NCBI GenBank assembly: GCA_963796055.1
Contig: CAWCKH010000003.1
Location: 714,272 to 778,271 of the forward strand
From: an uncultured delta proteobacterium
GTDB lineage: Bacteria; Myxococcota; Myxococcia; Myxococcales; Myxococcaceae
Length of the DNA: 64,000 nt
Direction of reading: 5' to 3'
In this document: positions 31,117-39,644 of the stretch, piece after piece
How the letters are laid out: the number at the start of each line of letters is the position of its first letter
Numbering within the stretch: the stretch's first letter is position 1
Program-made: the position numbers and the translations under genes
The notes under the pieces: model-generated
Told to the model about the DNA's origin: nothing
Databases searched by the model: none
What the model saw: the letters and a program-made list of their open reading frames with translations, nothing else

Positions 31117-33267
31117 CTCGCGGGCGCGCTCCGCTCGTCCTCCGGACCGGACAGAGGCGGAGGACTCTCCGCCAGCGCTTCCGGAGACTCCGAAGAGCGG
31201 GAGACGGGGGTCGAAGCCGCGACCCTCGCTTGGGAAGCGCATCCGCGGCGATTCCGCCGCTTCCACCGGTTCACACCCGTTGGGCCAGAGTCGTAGTTCC
31301 GAGGGCTTGGCCGAGGCGGAGGAGGCCGGGCCCCTTCCATCCGCTCCATCGATTCCACCGGTTCCGCTCCCGCTTGTTTCACCGCTTGCTTCAGGGGTCC
31401 GGGGGCAAACCACCGTGCGGACCCAGGGGACCAGTCTGGACCCGAGCGAAGCCACCGCGCCCGTCACCGCCGGAGCCGCCTCCTCGGTCAGCATCTGCTT
31501 GATCTGCCGCTCCGCGAGCCTATGGATGCGGCGCATCCACCGCGAGGGCTCGAGCTTCAGCGAGGCCAGCTCCCTCGGCCGAACTACTTGCGGCTGACCG
31601 AGGAAGTCGACGTGGAGCTCCTCGGGTCGGACCGGGAGGCCAGGAGCCAGCGCCGACATCTTCTCCAGAAGGTGCCGCAGGCGATCGCGGCTGCCGAGGA
31701 GCTCGGCCCGGAGGCGGTCCAGGACCTCGCCCACGACTTCGGCCAGAACGTCACCGACCACCGCTCCGACGGGACTCTCGGCCGAGTCGGCCAACATCCG
31801 CGTGAGCTCGCCTGCCGCGCGATCGAGAGCACGAGGGGTGGCAGCCTCGAGCGCCTGGACCAGCGTGCCGCAGCGGCGCTCCGCCTCCCGGAGCACCTGC
31901 TCGGCATCCAGCGCGAGCTGCTCGAGTTCCTTCCGTCCGGCATCGCCGGAGGTGGTCGGGCCGCTGGTGATGACTGCGAGGCGGGCCTTCAACGTCGCCG
32001 CCACGCCCTGCTGGAGAGCCGCGAGCTTGCGCTCTGCCGACGTCCGGCTCAGGGTGGCCACCTGCGAGACGAGGGGGCCGACCTCCCGCTCGAACCAATC
32101 CTCGGCCAGCTGTCGCTCCGTGCCCACCGTGCTCACCAGACCGACCGGAATGTCGACGCCGAGGTGCGAGTGGAGCTGCCCGGCGAGGTAATCGCGGACA
32201 CGCTCCCGATCCGAGCCCGACAGCAGGTCGACTTTGCTCAGGGCGACCTTGACCGGAATCCCCGATTCGTACAGCAGCCGGACGATGTCCAGGTCCTCCC
32301 GTCCCGGGGCGCTCGCCCCATCGACCAGGAGGACTCCAAGGTCGCACCTGGGGAGGTAGGCATAGGAGGCGCGGGCTCCGGAGGTGGCGAGCGAGCCGAC
32401 GCCAGGAGTGTCGACCAGCGCGACGTCGCCCCGGAGTCGATGCGAAGGGACATGGGCCACCACCCGCACGACGCGCCTGGCATTGCCCGGGTTCCGCTGC
32501 TCCGAGACGTACTCCCCGAGCTGCTCGAGGCCCACCTCCATGGGCTCGCGCTCCGCGAGATGAATCTCCGCCTTCGGGACCTCGCCCAGGACGATCCGGG
32601 TGGGAACCGCGGTGACCGGGGTCACGCCCACTGGCAGGACGTTCGTGCCGAGAACGGCGTTGAGAAGGGAAGACTTGCCCGAGCTGACCCGCCCGAACAC
32701 CGCGATGTCGAACGTCTTTGTCTCGAGCCGCTCGAGGAGGGCCTCGAGCAATCCGCGGAACTCGACCAATCCCTGTTCGCGGATGACGCGCTCCAGAACC
32801 GCCACCCGCCGGACGTCAAACGGTACGCCCTCCAGGCGCTGCAGCCTGGTGCCGAGGTCCCGCCCGAGCCCCTCGACGATGTACGCGTGGAGCCGGCGGA
32901 CGATCCGGTCAAGGGCGCGCTGGATCAAGCGCTGATCCTCCTCGCTCAGCAGGCCGTACCCTCGCAGGCGAGAGGGTGAGGTCTCCTCGATGGTGATCTC
33001 CGCGAAGGTCAGCGAGGTCTGGATCGCCCAGGTTGCCGTCACCCGGGGCTTCGCGAGCTGAAGCCCCAGCCCCTGGTATGCCTCGAGCAGTCGCTCGTGG
33101 AGGCGTTCCAGATAGTCGGCCACCACCTGCTGCTGCGCGGGCTGGAGGTCCGGAGAAATCTCCGAGAACGCGGACTGCCGGGACGAGGCCGCCCGCTCGA
33201 CCTCCCGGATCAGGCGATCCAGCTGGACGAAGGTTGCGGTCAGCACGCGGCGGTGGTTGTCGTTCAA
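30970..33267 (-). CDS. Dynamin-like GTPase B; native C-terminus apparently replaced beyond about 31420 by read-through into the att region
   Basis: TTG start overlapping the upstream stop (TTGA) with GGAGG RBS; G1 GRVSSGKSS, G2 LPVGVTPVT, G3 DTPG, G4 SKVD; long helical C-terminal region. Confidence 0.85.
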   Translation of the reverse strand: MNDNHRRVLTATFVQLDRLIREVERAASSRQSAFSEISPDLQPAQQQVVADYLERLHERLLEAYQGLGLQLAKPRVTATWAIQTSLTFAEITIEETSPSRLRGYGLLSEEDQRLIQRALDRIVRRLHAYIVEGLGRDLGTRLQRLEGVPFDVRRVAVLERVIREQGLVEFRGLLEALLERLETKTFDIAVFGRVSSGKSSLLNAVLGTNVLPVGVTPVTAVPTRIVLGEVPKAEIHLAEREPMEVGLEQLGEYVSEQRNPGNARRVVRVVAHVPSHRLRGDVALVDTPGVGSLATSGARASYAYLPRCDLGVLLVDGASAPGREDLDIVRLLYESGIPVKVALSKVDLLSGSDRERVRDYLAGQLHSHLGVDIPVGLVSTVGTERQLAEDWFEREVGPLVSQVATLSRTSAERKLAALQQGVAATLKARLAVITSGPTTSGDAGRKELEQLALDAEQVLREAERRCGTLVQALEAATPRALDRAAGELTRMLADSAESPVGAVVGDVLAEVVGEVLDRLRAELLGSRDRLRHLLEKMSALAPGLPVRPEELHVDFLGQPQVVRPRELASLKLEPSRWMRRIHRLAERQIKQMLTEEAAPAVTGAVASLGSRLVPWVRTVVCPRTPEASGETSGSGTGGIDGADGRGPASSASAKPSELRLWPNGCEPVEAAESPRMRFPSEGRGFDPRLPLFGVSGSAGGESSASVRSGGRAERARELPRHVRAHGRAAHCLVRAGVAIAAGVLPIHKPAGGDAGKELCSRNTGG
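31195..31236 (-). repeat. Degenerate att core copy 1 (3' half of tRNA-Gly CCC)
   Basis: GAGCGGGAGACGGGGGTCGAAGCCGCGACCCTCGCTTGGGAA differs from the 45130/57169 copies by one substitution and one deleted base. Confidence 0.85.
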
Positions 33268-34019
33268 CCTCCACCCCCGGAGGCACGCGAAGCGCTCGGC
33301 GTGAGGTACTGCCGCGCGACGGCGACCGCACGCTCGGTCCGCAGCCGCTCGCCGCGGATCCGGCCCTCCCTCCACGACTGCGGATCCTCGAGTGCCTGAA
33401 CGAGCACCGACAGGATGCCCGGCCGTCCAGCGGCGATCTCGAGCAACAGCGCCCGATCCTCCACCCCAGGAGCTCGAGGCAGGCGCGCAGCTTCGAGCCG
33501 CCTCTCGAGCAGCGCTCGCATCTGGCGCGACCCGAGCGGCGGAACCGCAACTTCCAGATACGCAAGGCGAAGCGCCCGAACACCAGCGTGATCCCGTGCG
33601 TGCTCGACGTCCGCAGCGAGAGCGACTCCGAGCCCGGTACCTCGAAGCGAGCGCAGGTATCCCTTCAGCGCGGTCCCGGCAGCACGCACTCCGTCCAGGA
33701 GCAACGTTCCCCGCTGGCGCTCGACGGCGAGCCGAAGCAGGCCGCGCACGTGGGACTGCCGTCCCTGTGCACTCGTCGCGGGGTAGGCGCGGAGCAGGGC
33801 CTGGGTGACGTCGGAGAGGTGCTCCGTCCGGCGGGCGTACCCGCACGGACACCCGGACGCGAGGGCGCGTCGTCGGAGTTCGAGGAGCAGCGCGGTCTTT
33901 CCCACCCCCAGTGGTCCATGGAGCAGGAGCGTTTGCCCCTCCGCGACCTGCCGCTCCAGCGAGTCCAGCAGGGCCGCCCGGCCGAGAAGCCCGGCTGAAT
34001 GCGTGCCCTCGCCCATCAC
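33264..34019 (-). CDS. P-loop (AAA-like) ATPase domain protein
   Basis: LLGR...LLLHGPLGVGKT Walker A, LLLDG Walker B and AAGRPG; overlaps both neighbouring genes. Confidence 0.75.
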   Translation of the reverse strand: MMGEGTHSAGLLGRAALLDSLERQVAEGQTLLLHGPLGVGKTALLLELRRRALASGCPCGYARRTEHLSDVTQALLRAYPATSAQGRQSHVRGLLRLAVERQRGTLLLDGVRAAGTALKGYLRSLRGTGLGVALAADVEHARDHAGVRALRLAYLEVAVPPLGSRQMRALLERRLEAARLPRAPGVEDRALLLEIAAGRPGILSVLVQALEDPQSWREGRIRGERLRTERAVAVARQYLTPSASRASGGGG

Positions 34020-34498
34020 GGCCTCAAGGTCGCGGTCAGCCGCCGCGGCTCAAGCAGGAGGTCCAGTGCGTCGGTGACGCTGCCCACCACGACGTCCGCG
34101 GCGCGCAGAAGCTCAGACGAGAGCCCTTCCGGCCCGAGGACCGCGATCGCCAGCGTGGCCGAGCGCATCATCGGCACGTCGTTCCGTCCGTTCCCCACGG
34201 CCACGACACCACGCCGAGCATTGACGAACAGGCCCTTCTCGGCTCCGGTCTCCACGGTGTGGACCCGCAGGGGCAGCCCGCGAAGCGCGGCCCTCGCGCT
34301 CCCGAAGGTGTCGGCGGTCAGGACGTGGACCTCGAGCCGGCGCGAGAGCCGGACGAGTCGCTTCCGGAGGCCCGGCAGCAGCTCGCCGTCGCGCGCCAGG
34401 GTGCCGTTGAAGTCGAGGACGAGGTGCGAGAGGCGCAGTGGGGGCGCGAGCCCCAGCTCGACGGTGAGTGGCTCGACTCGATCGGCGGGCGGGACCAT
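34016..34498 (-). CDS. HAD-superfamily hydrolase, soluble P-type ATPase-like
   Basis: LVLDFNGTLA (motif I), LTADTFG, K, and VGNGRND (motif IV). Confidence 0.85.
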   Translation of the reverse strand: MVPPADRVEPLTVELGLAPPLRLSHLVLDFNGTLARDGELLPGLRKRLVRLSRRLEVHVLTADTFGSARAALRGLPLRVHTVETGAEKGLFVNARRGVVAVGNGRNDVPMMRSATLAIAVLGPEGLSSELLRAADVVVGSVTDALDLLLEPRRLTATLRP

Positions 34499-34553
34499 GA
34501 ACACTCCCGAGGGCTGCGAACTCCGGGGCCATCCCACCCGAAGCTCAGCAGCG

Positions 34554-34934
34554 TCACCCGACCTCCTCACCAGCCCTGAGCAGGAGCCTCCGGATTCCTC
34601 CCCTGGGCTCCGCGACGTCTCCCCAGCGCCGGGGGATGACGTGGAAGTGCAGATGGGAAACGGTCTGCCCCGCCGCCTCGCCGACATTGACCCCCACGGT
34701 GAACCCATCCGCCCGGTGGCGGTCCAAGATGCTGGCCCGGACCGGAACGGTCGCCTCGGCAAGCGCTCCCCGCTCCGAGTCGGACGCGTCGAACCAGGTC
34801 AGGACGTGCCGCCGGGTGATGATCAGGGCGTGCCCCGGCGCGGCGGGATGCAGGTCCCAGAGCGCGAGGACCTCCGGTCCTTCCCAGAAGACCAGCCGCG
34901 GGTCGGGCGGACAGAATGGGCAGGAGGTGCTCAT
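34554..34934 (-). CDS. HIT-family nucleotide hydrolase
   Basis: CPFC, PGHALII and [20 protein letters not shown] overlap with the eno stop. Confidence 0.92.
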   Translation of the reverse strand: MSTSCPFCPPDPRLVFWEGPEVLALWDLHPAAPGHALIITRRHVLTWFDASDSERGALAEATVPVRASILDRHRADGFTVGVNVGEAAGQTVSHLHFHVIPRRWGDVAEPRGGIRRLLLRAGEEVG

Positions 34935-36229
34935 CGGTGCTGCGGGACCCTGGGGAACGCCCGCATCCCGATGTAGCGGGCGTGGGTTCCGAGCTCTCGC
35001 TCGATGCGGAGCAGCTGGTTGTACTTCGCGAGCCGCTCTCCCCGGCACGGCGCCCCGGTCTTGATCTGCTGGGCCCCAGTGGCCACCGCGAGGTCGGCGA
35101 TGAAGTCGTCCGTCGTCTCTCCCGAGCGGTGGCTGACCACCAGCGACATCCCCGCCGAGCGAGCCACTTGCATCGTCTCCAGCGTCTCGCTCAGCGTGCC
35201 GATCTGGTTGGGCTTGATCAGCACCGAGTTGGTCACCTTCTCCTCGATGGCCCGCCGCACCCGTGTGACGTTGGTCACCAGGAGGTCGTCACCGACCAGC
35301 TGGATGCGCTCACCGAGCGCCCGGGTGAGGAGCTTCCATCCCTCCCAGTCGTCCTCGGCCAGGCCGTCCTCGATTGACCAGATCGGGAACTGGCGAACCC
35401 AGTTCTCGTAGAAGGCGACCATCTCCTCCGAGCTCCGGCGCCGCCCGTCCGACTTCCGGAACACGTAGGCGCTCCCATCGTGGAACTCGCTTGCCGCCGG
35501 GTCGAGCGCGATGCCCACGTCCTTTCCAGGCTTGTACCCGGCGCGGACGATCGACTCGAGCAGCAGCTCCACGGCCTCCTCGTTCGACTTGAGGTTGGGC
35601 GCGAACCCGCCCTCGTCGCCGACGTTGGTCCCGTACCCGCGCTGCTTCAGGAGCGCCTTCAGCGCCTGGTAGCACTCAACCGCGACCTGCATGGCGCTCT
35701 GGAAGCTGATCGCCCCGGCGGGAACGAGCATGAACTCCTGGAGGTCGACGCTGTTGTCGGCGTGGACGCCCCCGTTGAGGACGTTCAGCAGCGGGACCGG
35801 GAGCACCTCGCCGGGCGGCTCGACGATGGCCCGGTAGAGCGGCAGCCCGCGGCTTGCGGCGTTGGCCCGGGCGACCGCGAGCGAGACGCCCAGGATGGCG
35901 TTGGCTCCAAGGCGGGACTTGTTCGGCGTTCCGTCCAGCGCCAGCAGCTTGGCGTCGACCTGTCGGAAGTCTGCCGGCGCACCCGCCAGCGCGGCGGAGA
36001 TCTCTCCGTTGACGTGCCCCACCGCGAGGAGGACGCCCCGGCCGCCGTAGCGCTTCGGCTCGTGGGTGTCCCGCAGCTCGACGGCCTCGCCGCTGCCGGT
36101 GGAGGCGCCGGAAGGCACGCTCGCCCGCCCCAGGTGCCCGTCCCGCAGCTCGACGTCGACCTCCACCGTGGGATTCCCTCGGGAGTCGAGGATCTCCCGA
36201 GCGCAAACCCGTGCAATCTCCGCCGTCAT
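34931..36229 (-). CDS. eno: Enolase (phosphopyruvate hydratase), island-borne copy
   Basis: [37 protein letters not shown] and QIKTG; 432 aa from ATG 36229. Confidence 0.97.
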   Translation of the reverse strand: MTAEIARVCAREILDSRGNPTVEVDVELRDGHLGRASVPSGASTGSGEAVELRDTHEPKRYGGRGVLLAVGHVNGEISAALAGAPADFRQVDAKLLALDGTPNKSRLGANAILGVSLAVARANAASRGLPLYRAIVEPPGEVLPVPLLNVLNGGVHADNSVDLQEFMLVPAGAISFQSAMQVAVECYQALKALLKQRGYGTNVGDEGGFAPNLKSNEEAVELLLESIVRAGYKPGKDVGIALDPAASEFHDGSAYVFRKSDGRRRSSEEMVAFYENWVRQFPIWSIEDGLAEDDWEGWKLLTRALGERIQLVGDDLLVTNVTRVRRAIEEKVTNSVLIKPNQIGTLSETLETMQVARSAGMSLVVSHRSGETTDDFIADLAVATGAQQIKTGAPCRGERLAKYNQLLRIERELGTHARYIGMRAFPRVPQHR

Positions 36230-38007
36230 GTGACCTCCGATGCAGTCGGTGCGACGACGAGCAGTCCTGTTTGCCGGGTGAGCTCGTCGAGATGCTCCAG
36301 CTCCGTTCTGACCTGACCTGCTCCCAGCGCCTGGGCCCGGCGCGCCTCCTCCACCGCATCGCGGGAACGAGCACGCACGACGCCCAGCTTCCGGCGCAGC
36401 TCTTCCCTGAGCAGCCGGGCGCTCTCCTCGGCTCTCTCCGCGAGATCGAACTGGACGCGCGAGCTGTTGGCCTCGAGGAGGCGAAGGAAGTAGTGCCGCG
36501 CATGGCGCAGGATCGACCCCCGGCGCCAAGAGACGGGGAAGAGCTGGTCGAGGACCCACGACCACGGTGGCTCCCCGGTCAGCTGCATCAGGGAGGCGAA
36601 GCGCCTCTGGCTGGGGACCCGGAATCCGAGGTCGAGGTCCATGTCGGCCAGGCCCGGGGCCTCGAGCGCCCTGGCGGCACGGCCGAGGAATTCGCTCGCG
36701 ATGCGGGTCAGTCGCTCGGATGCGGCCCGGTGTAGCTCCTCGGCCCGAGATCCCTCCTCGCGCAGCCAACCCTCGGTGACTTCCCGGGCGGTGCTCTCGG
36801 CCAGGTCGAGACTCTGCGCGCGGACGGCATGGGGACGGCCGCCCAGGCCCGCGATTCGGCCCTGTAGCGCGGAGACACCTGCCGGCGCAGCGCTGGCCAG
36901 GAACTCCTGCCGCTGCTCCTCCAGCGCCGAGCGGAGCCGTTCCACCTCGACGCGGAAGGCGACGTCGAGCAACCGGAGCGACTGCTCCAGCCCATCCACC
37001 GCCGCGAGGAGCGCCTTCATCCGCCGCTCCGATTCCTCGAGCGGAACAGTGAGCGCCAGCCTGCGCTCCTCGAGCACCCCCAAAAGCTCACCCCGCAGTC
37101 GCATCAGGCCGCGCCAGGCGGCCCCCGAGGCCAGCCGGGTGCCCTCGTTGGCCGAGAGCTCCTCCAGGGCCGTCACCAGAGCTTTCCAGTCGCGTCCTCC
37201 GCTGCCGCCAGCGAGACGCTCCTGGGCGCTGACCTCGAAGTGGCGCGAACCATCGGGCACTCCGGCCTCGATGAGCACCGAGGTGGTGAAGGTCCGGGCC
37301 TCCTCGAGCGCGGCCGTGTCCATCCGATCCGCCTTGTTGAGGACGAAGAGGAAATGCTCCACGCGCCGGGACAGCTCGATGACCAGCTCGAGCTCGCGTG
37401 CCGCGATGGGAGGATCCCCTCCCAGGACGATGAGGGCAGCGTCCACCTGCGGCAGGAAGGCGAGCGTGGTCCGGGTGTTCTCCAGGTAGGTGGACTCGAT
37501 TCCTGGGGTATCGACCAGGCACATCCCGTGCGCGAGGATGGGAGCTGGAAGGAGCACCTCTGCCGCATCCAGCCGCTTGCGGTTGCGGGGGTTCTGCTCC
37601 TCGGTCACGTACGCGGCGAGCTCGGCGCGCGGAATCTCCTCCCAGTCGCCGCCGCCCACGCGGATCCGGATGGTCTCGCGCGGTCCATGCCGAACGACGA
37701 CGGCCGCCGAGGTCATCGGCCGGACCCCCACTGGGAGCACCGGGGTTCCGAGAAGCGCGTTGATGAGCGTCGACTTCCCTCGTTTGAACTGACCCAGGCA
37801 GGCCACGAAATACCGGCCGGCCACGGTGCGCTCGCGAAGCCGGTCCGCCTCGTCGGCGAGGTCGGCCATGCGGGCCCGCCGGCCCAGCGCAGAGAGCTGG
37901 GACAGGGAGGCAGCCACCTCCGGTTCCCCCGTCTGTTCCACCAGTGCAGTCATCGTCCGCTCCAGGACCGGAACAAGGGTGTCCTGAAGACGTCGAGCGG
38001 TGCCCAT
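36226..38007 (-). CDS. Dynamin-like GTPase A
   Basis: [29 protein letters not shown] and NKAD; helical C-terminus; GAGGAG RBS; ATGA overlap with eno. Confidence 0.9.
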   Translation of the reverse strand: MGTARRLQDTLVPVLERTMTALVEQTGEPEVAASLSQLSALGRRARMADLADEADRLRERTVAGRYFVACLGQFKRGKSTLINALLGTPVLPVGVRPMTSAAVVVRHGPRETIRIRVGGGDWEEIPRAELAAYVTEEQNPRNRKRLDAAEVLLPAPILAHGMCLVDTPGIESTYLENTRTTLAFLPQVDAALIVLGGDPPIAARELELVIELSRRVEHFLFVLNKADRMDTAALEEARTFTTSVLIEAGVPDGSRHFEVSAQERLAGGSGGRDWKALVTALEELSANEGTRLASGAAWRGLMRLRGELLGVLEERRLALTVPLEESERRMKALLAAVDGLEQSLRLLDVAFRVEVERLRSALEEQRQEFLASAAPAGVSALQGRIAGLGGRPHAVRAQSLDLAESTAREVTEGWLREEGSRAEELHRAASERLTRIASEFLGRAARALEAPGLADMDLDLGFRVPSQRRFASLMQLTGEPPWSWVLDQLFPVSWRRGSILRHARHYFLRLLEANSSRVQFDLAERAEESARLLREELRRKLGVVRARSRDAVEEARRAQALGAGQVRTELEHLDELTRQTGLLVVAPTASEVT

Positions 38008-38057
38008 CGCGGTCTCCTCGTGGCGTCACGCATGCCCCGCGGACGCGTCGTTGCGTT

Positions 38058-38108
38058 CGCAGGAGTCATTGGCTCGCTCCGAGCAGTTCCGGCGGACTCC
38101 ACCGCCTC
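38058..38108 (-). ncRNA. Fluoride riboswitch (crcB motif) upstream of the dynamin-eno operon
   Basis: Minus strand GAGGCGGUGGAGUCCGCC-GG-AACU-GCUCG-GAG-CGAGC-CAAUGACUCCUG: P1 GGCG/CGCC, P2 GCUCG/CGAGC, pseudoknot GGAGUC/GACUCC; about 50 nt before ATG 38007. Confidence 0.88.
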
Positions 38109-38226
38109 TGTGTCAACCTTTACATCTACGCAGTCGAGGCTGACTTCTCAAGGGGTGAGAGCAGCCCTGGGTGGACCGATGGGCCTGGCGGAGCGGCGTC
38201 GGTCCCGGTACGGTTGGTGACCAGTC

Positions 38227-38288
38227 GAGGCGGTGGAGTCCGCCATGAACCGCCGGTCGGCGTGTCCGAGCGGCCAATGACTCCTGTG
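38227..38288 (+). ncRNA. Fluoride riboswitch (crcB motif) upstream of the antiporter-DUF190-USP operon
   Basis: GAGGCGGUGGAGUCCGCC-AUG-AACC-GCCG...CGGC-CAAUGACUCCUG: P1 38229-32/38241-44, pseudoknot 38235-40/38279-84, extended P2. Confidence 0.88.
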
Positions 38289-38412
38289 AGCGTGGGGAGA
38301 CCGCAACGGTTCCCCCGGTTTCACGGGAGGCGTCCATGGCCAAGGTCCTCGAGAAGCGCAAGGCACCCACGGAAGTCAACCGCTGGCTTTCCGCACGTCG
38401 CGGTGTCTGGCC

Positions 38413-39615
38413 GTGACTCAGGTCTGGACGCTCGCCGCACTATGGCTCGGGCTGGCGCTGCTGGCCACTCTGCTCTCCATCTGGTTCCGGGTGGCGACGG
38501 CCCTGTCGGAGATCGTCGTGGGCACGGTCGCCCAGTTGGTCATCGGAGCGCTGATCGGCGGTGCGGTGCTCGGAACGGACCAGGGCTGGATCAAGTTCCT
38601 CTCCGGCACCGGGGCCATCGTCCTCACCTTCCTCGCCGGCGCAGAGCTCGATCCGGTGGTGTTCCGAGCGCGCTGGAAAGAGGCCACGCTGATCGGGGCG
38701 GTCGGGTTCTTCGCACCGTTCCTCGGCTGCGCGTTCATCGCCCACTGGGTGCTGCACTGGGGTTGGAGGCCCAGCTGGCTCGCCGGTGTCGCTCTGTCCA
38801 CGACCTCGGTGGCGGTGGTCTATGCGGTGATGCTCGAGCTCGGCCTGAACAAGACCACCTTCGGGAAGGCGGTCCTCGCGGCCTGCTTTGTCAACGACCT
38901 GGGCACGGTCATCGCCCTGGGGTTGATCTTCGCTCCGTTCGGCTCCCGGACCCTGGCCTTCGTGGGAGTGGGCATCGCGGTCTTTGCCGTGCTCCCCTGG
39001 CTCACCCCGCGCTTCTTTCGCCGCTACGGTGGGAGACCCTCCGAGCTGGAGGCGAAGTATCTCCTGTTCCTGCTGTTCGCACTGGGAGCCCTCGCGTCCT
39101 GGGCCGACAGCGAGGCCGTCCTTCCCGCCTACGTCGTGGGGATGGTCCTGGCCGGAACGGTGGGAAAGGACCACGTGCTGGTCGCCCGTCTCCGGACCCT
39201 GACCTTCGGACTGCTCACTCCGTTCTACTTCATCCGCGCCGGGTCGTTCGTCTCGGTCCCGGCGCTGCTCGCCGCCCCGCTGGTCTTCCTCGTGCTCTTC
39301 CTGGCGAAGATGGTGACCAAGACCGTCGGGGTGTTTCCGGCCACCAAGGCGGTCGGCTACCCCCGGCTGGAGGCGCGTTACACCACCCTGCTCATGTCCA
39401 CCGGTCTGACGTTCGGGAGCATCTCCGCCCTTTTCGGCCTCAATCACGGCATCATCGACCAGGCCCAGTACTCGCACCTGGTGGCGACGGTCATCATGAG
39501 CGCGGTCGCCCCGACGGTCATCGCCAATGCCTTCTTCCTCCCTAGACATCTACTCCCGAGCGCTCCACCGGCGGGCCTCGTCGCGGCTGGGCCGGCGAAG
39601 CAGGCGGAGCTCTGA
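38413..39615 (+). CDS. Cation:proton antiporter (CPA2 / Na_H_Exchanger-like)
   Basis: About 12 hydrophobic segments; FLAGAELD, LSTTSVAVV, ACFVNDL and PFYFIRAG. Confidence 0.9.
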   Translation: MTQVWTLAALWLGLALLATLLSIWFRVATALSEIVVGTVAQLVIGALIGGAVLGTDQGWIKFLSGTGAIVLTFLAGAELDPVVFRARWKEATLIGAVGFFAPFLGCAFIAHWVLHWGWRPSWLAGVALSTTSVAVVYAVMLELGLNKTTFGKAVLAACFVNDLGTVIALGLIFAPFGSRTLAFVGVGIAVFAVLPWLTPRFFRRYGGRPSELEAKYLLFLLFALGALASWADSEAVLPAYVVGMVLAGTVGKDHVLVARLRTLTFGLLTPFYFIRAGSFVSVPALLAAPLVFLVLFLAKMVTKTVGVFPATKAVGYPRLEARYTTLLMSTGLTFGSISALFGLNHGIIDQAQYSHLVATVIMSAVAPTVIANAFFLPRHLLPSAPPAGLVAAGPAKQAEL

Positions 39616-39644
39616 GATGGTGGAATGAGGAGCAGGAGGAAACC

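Noticed and set aside
31420..38007. Dynamin pair plus ATPase as an anti-phage defence system
   Set aside because: Possible for dynamin-like proteins in general, but the riboswitch and coupling to enolase, HIT and HAD favour a fluoride-stress role, and no nuclease or other defence effector is seen. Not excluded.
38109..38226. Exact divergent sigma70 promoters between the riboswitches
   Set aside because: Only partial matches (e.g. minus-strand TTGAGA-N17-TAGATG); too weak to annotate.
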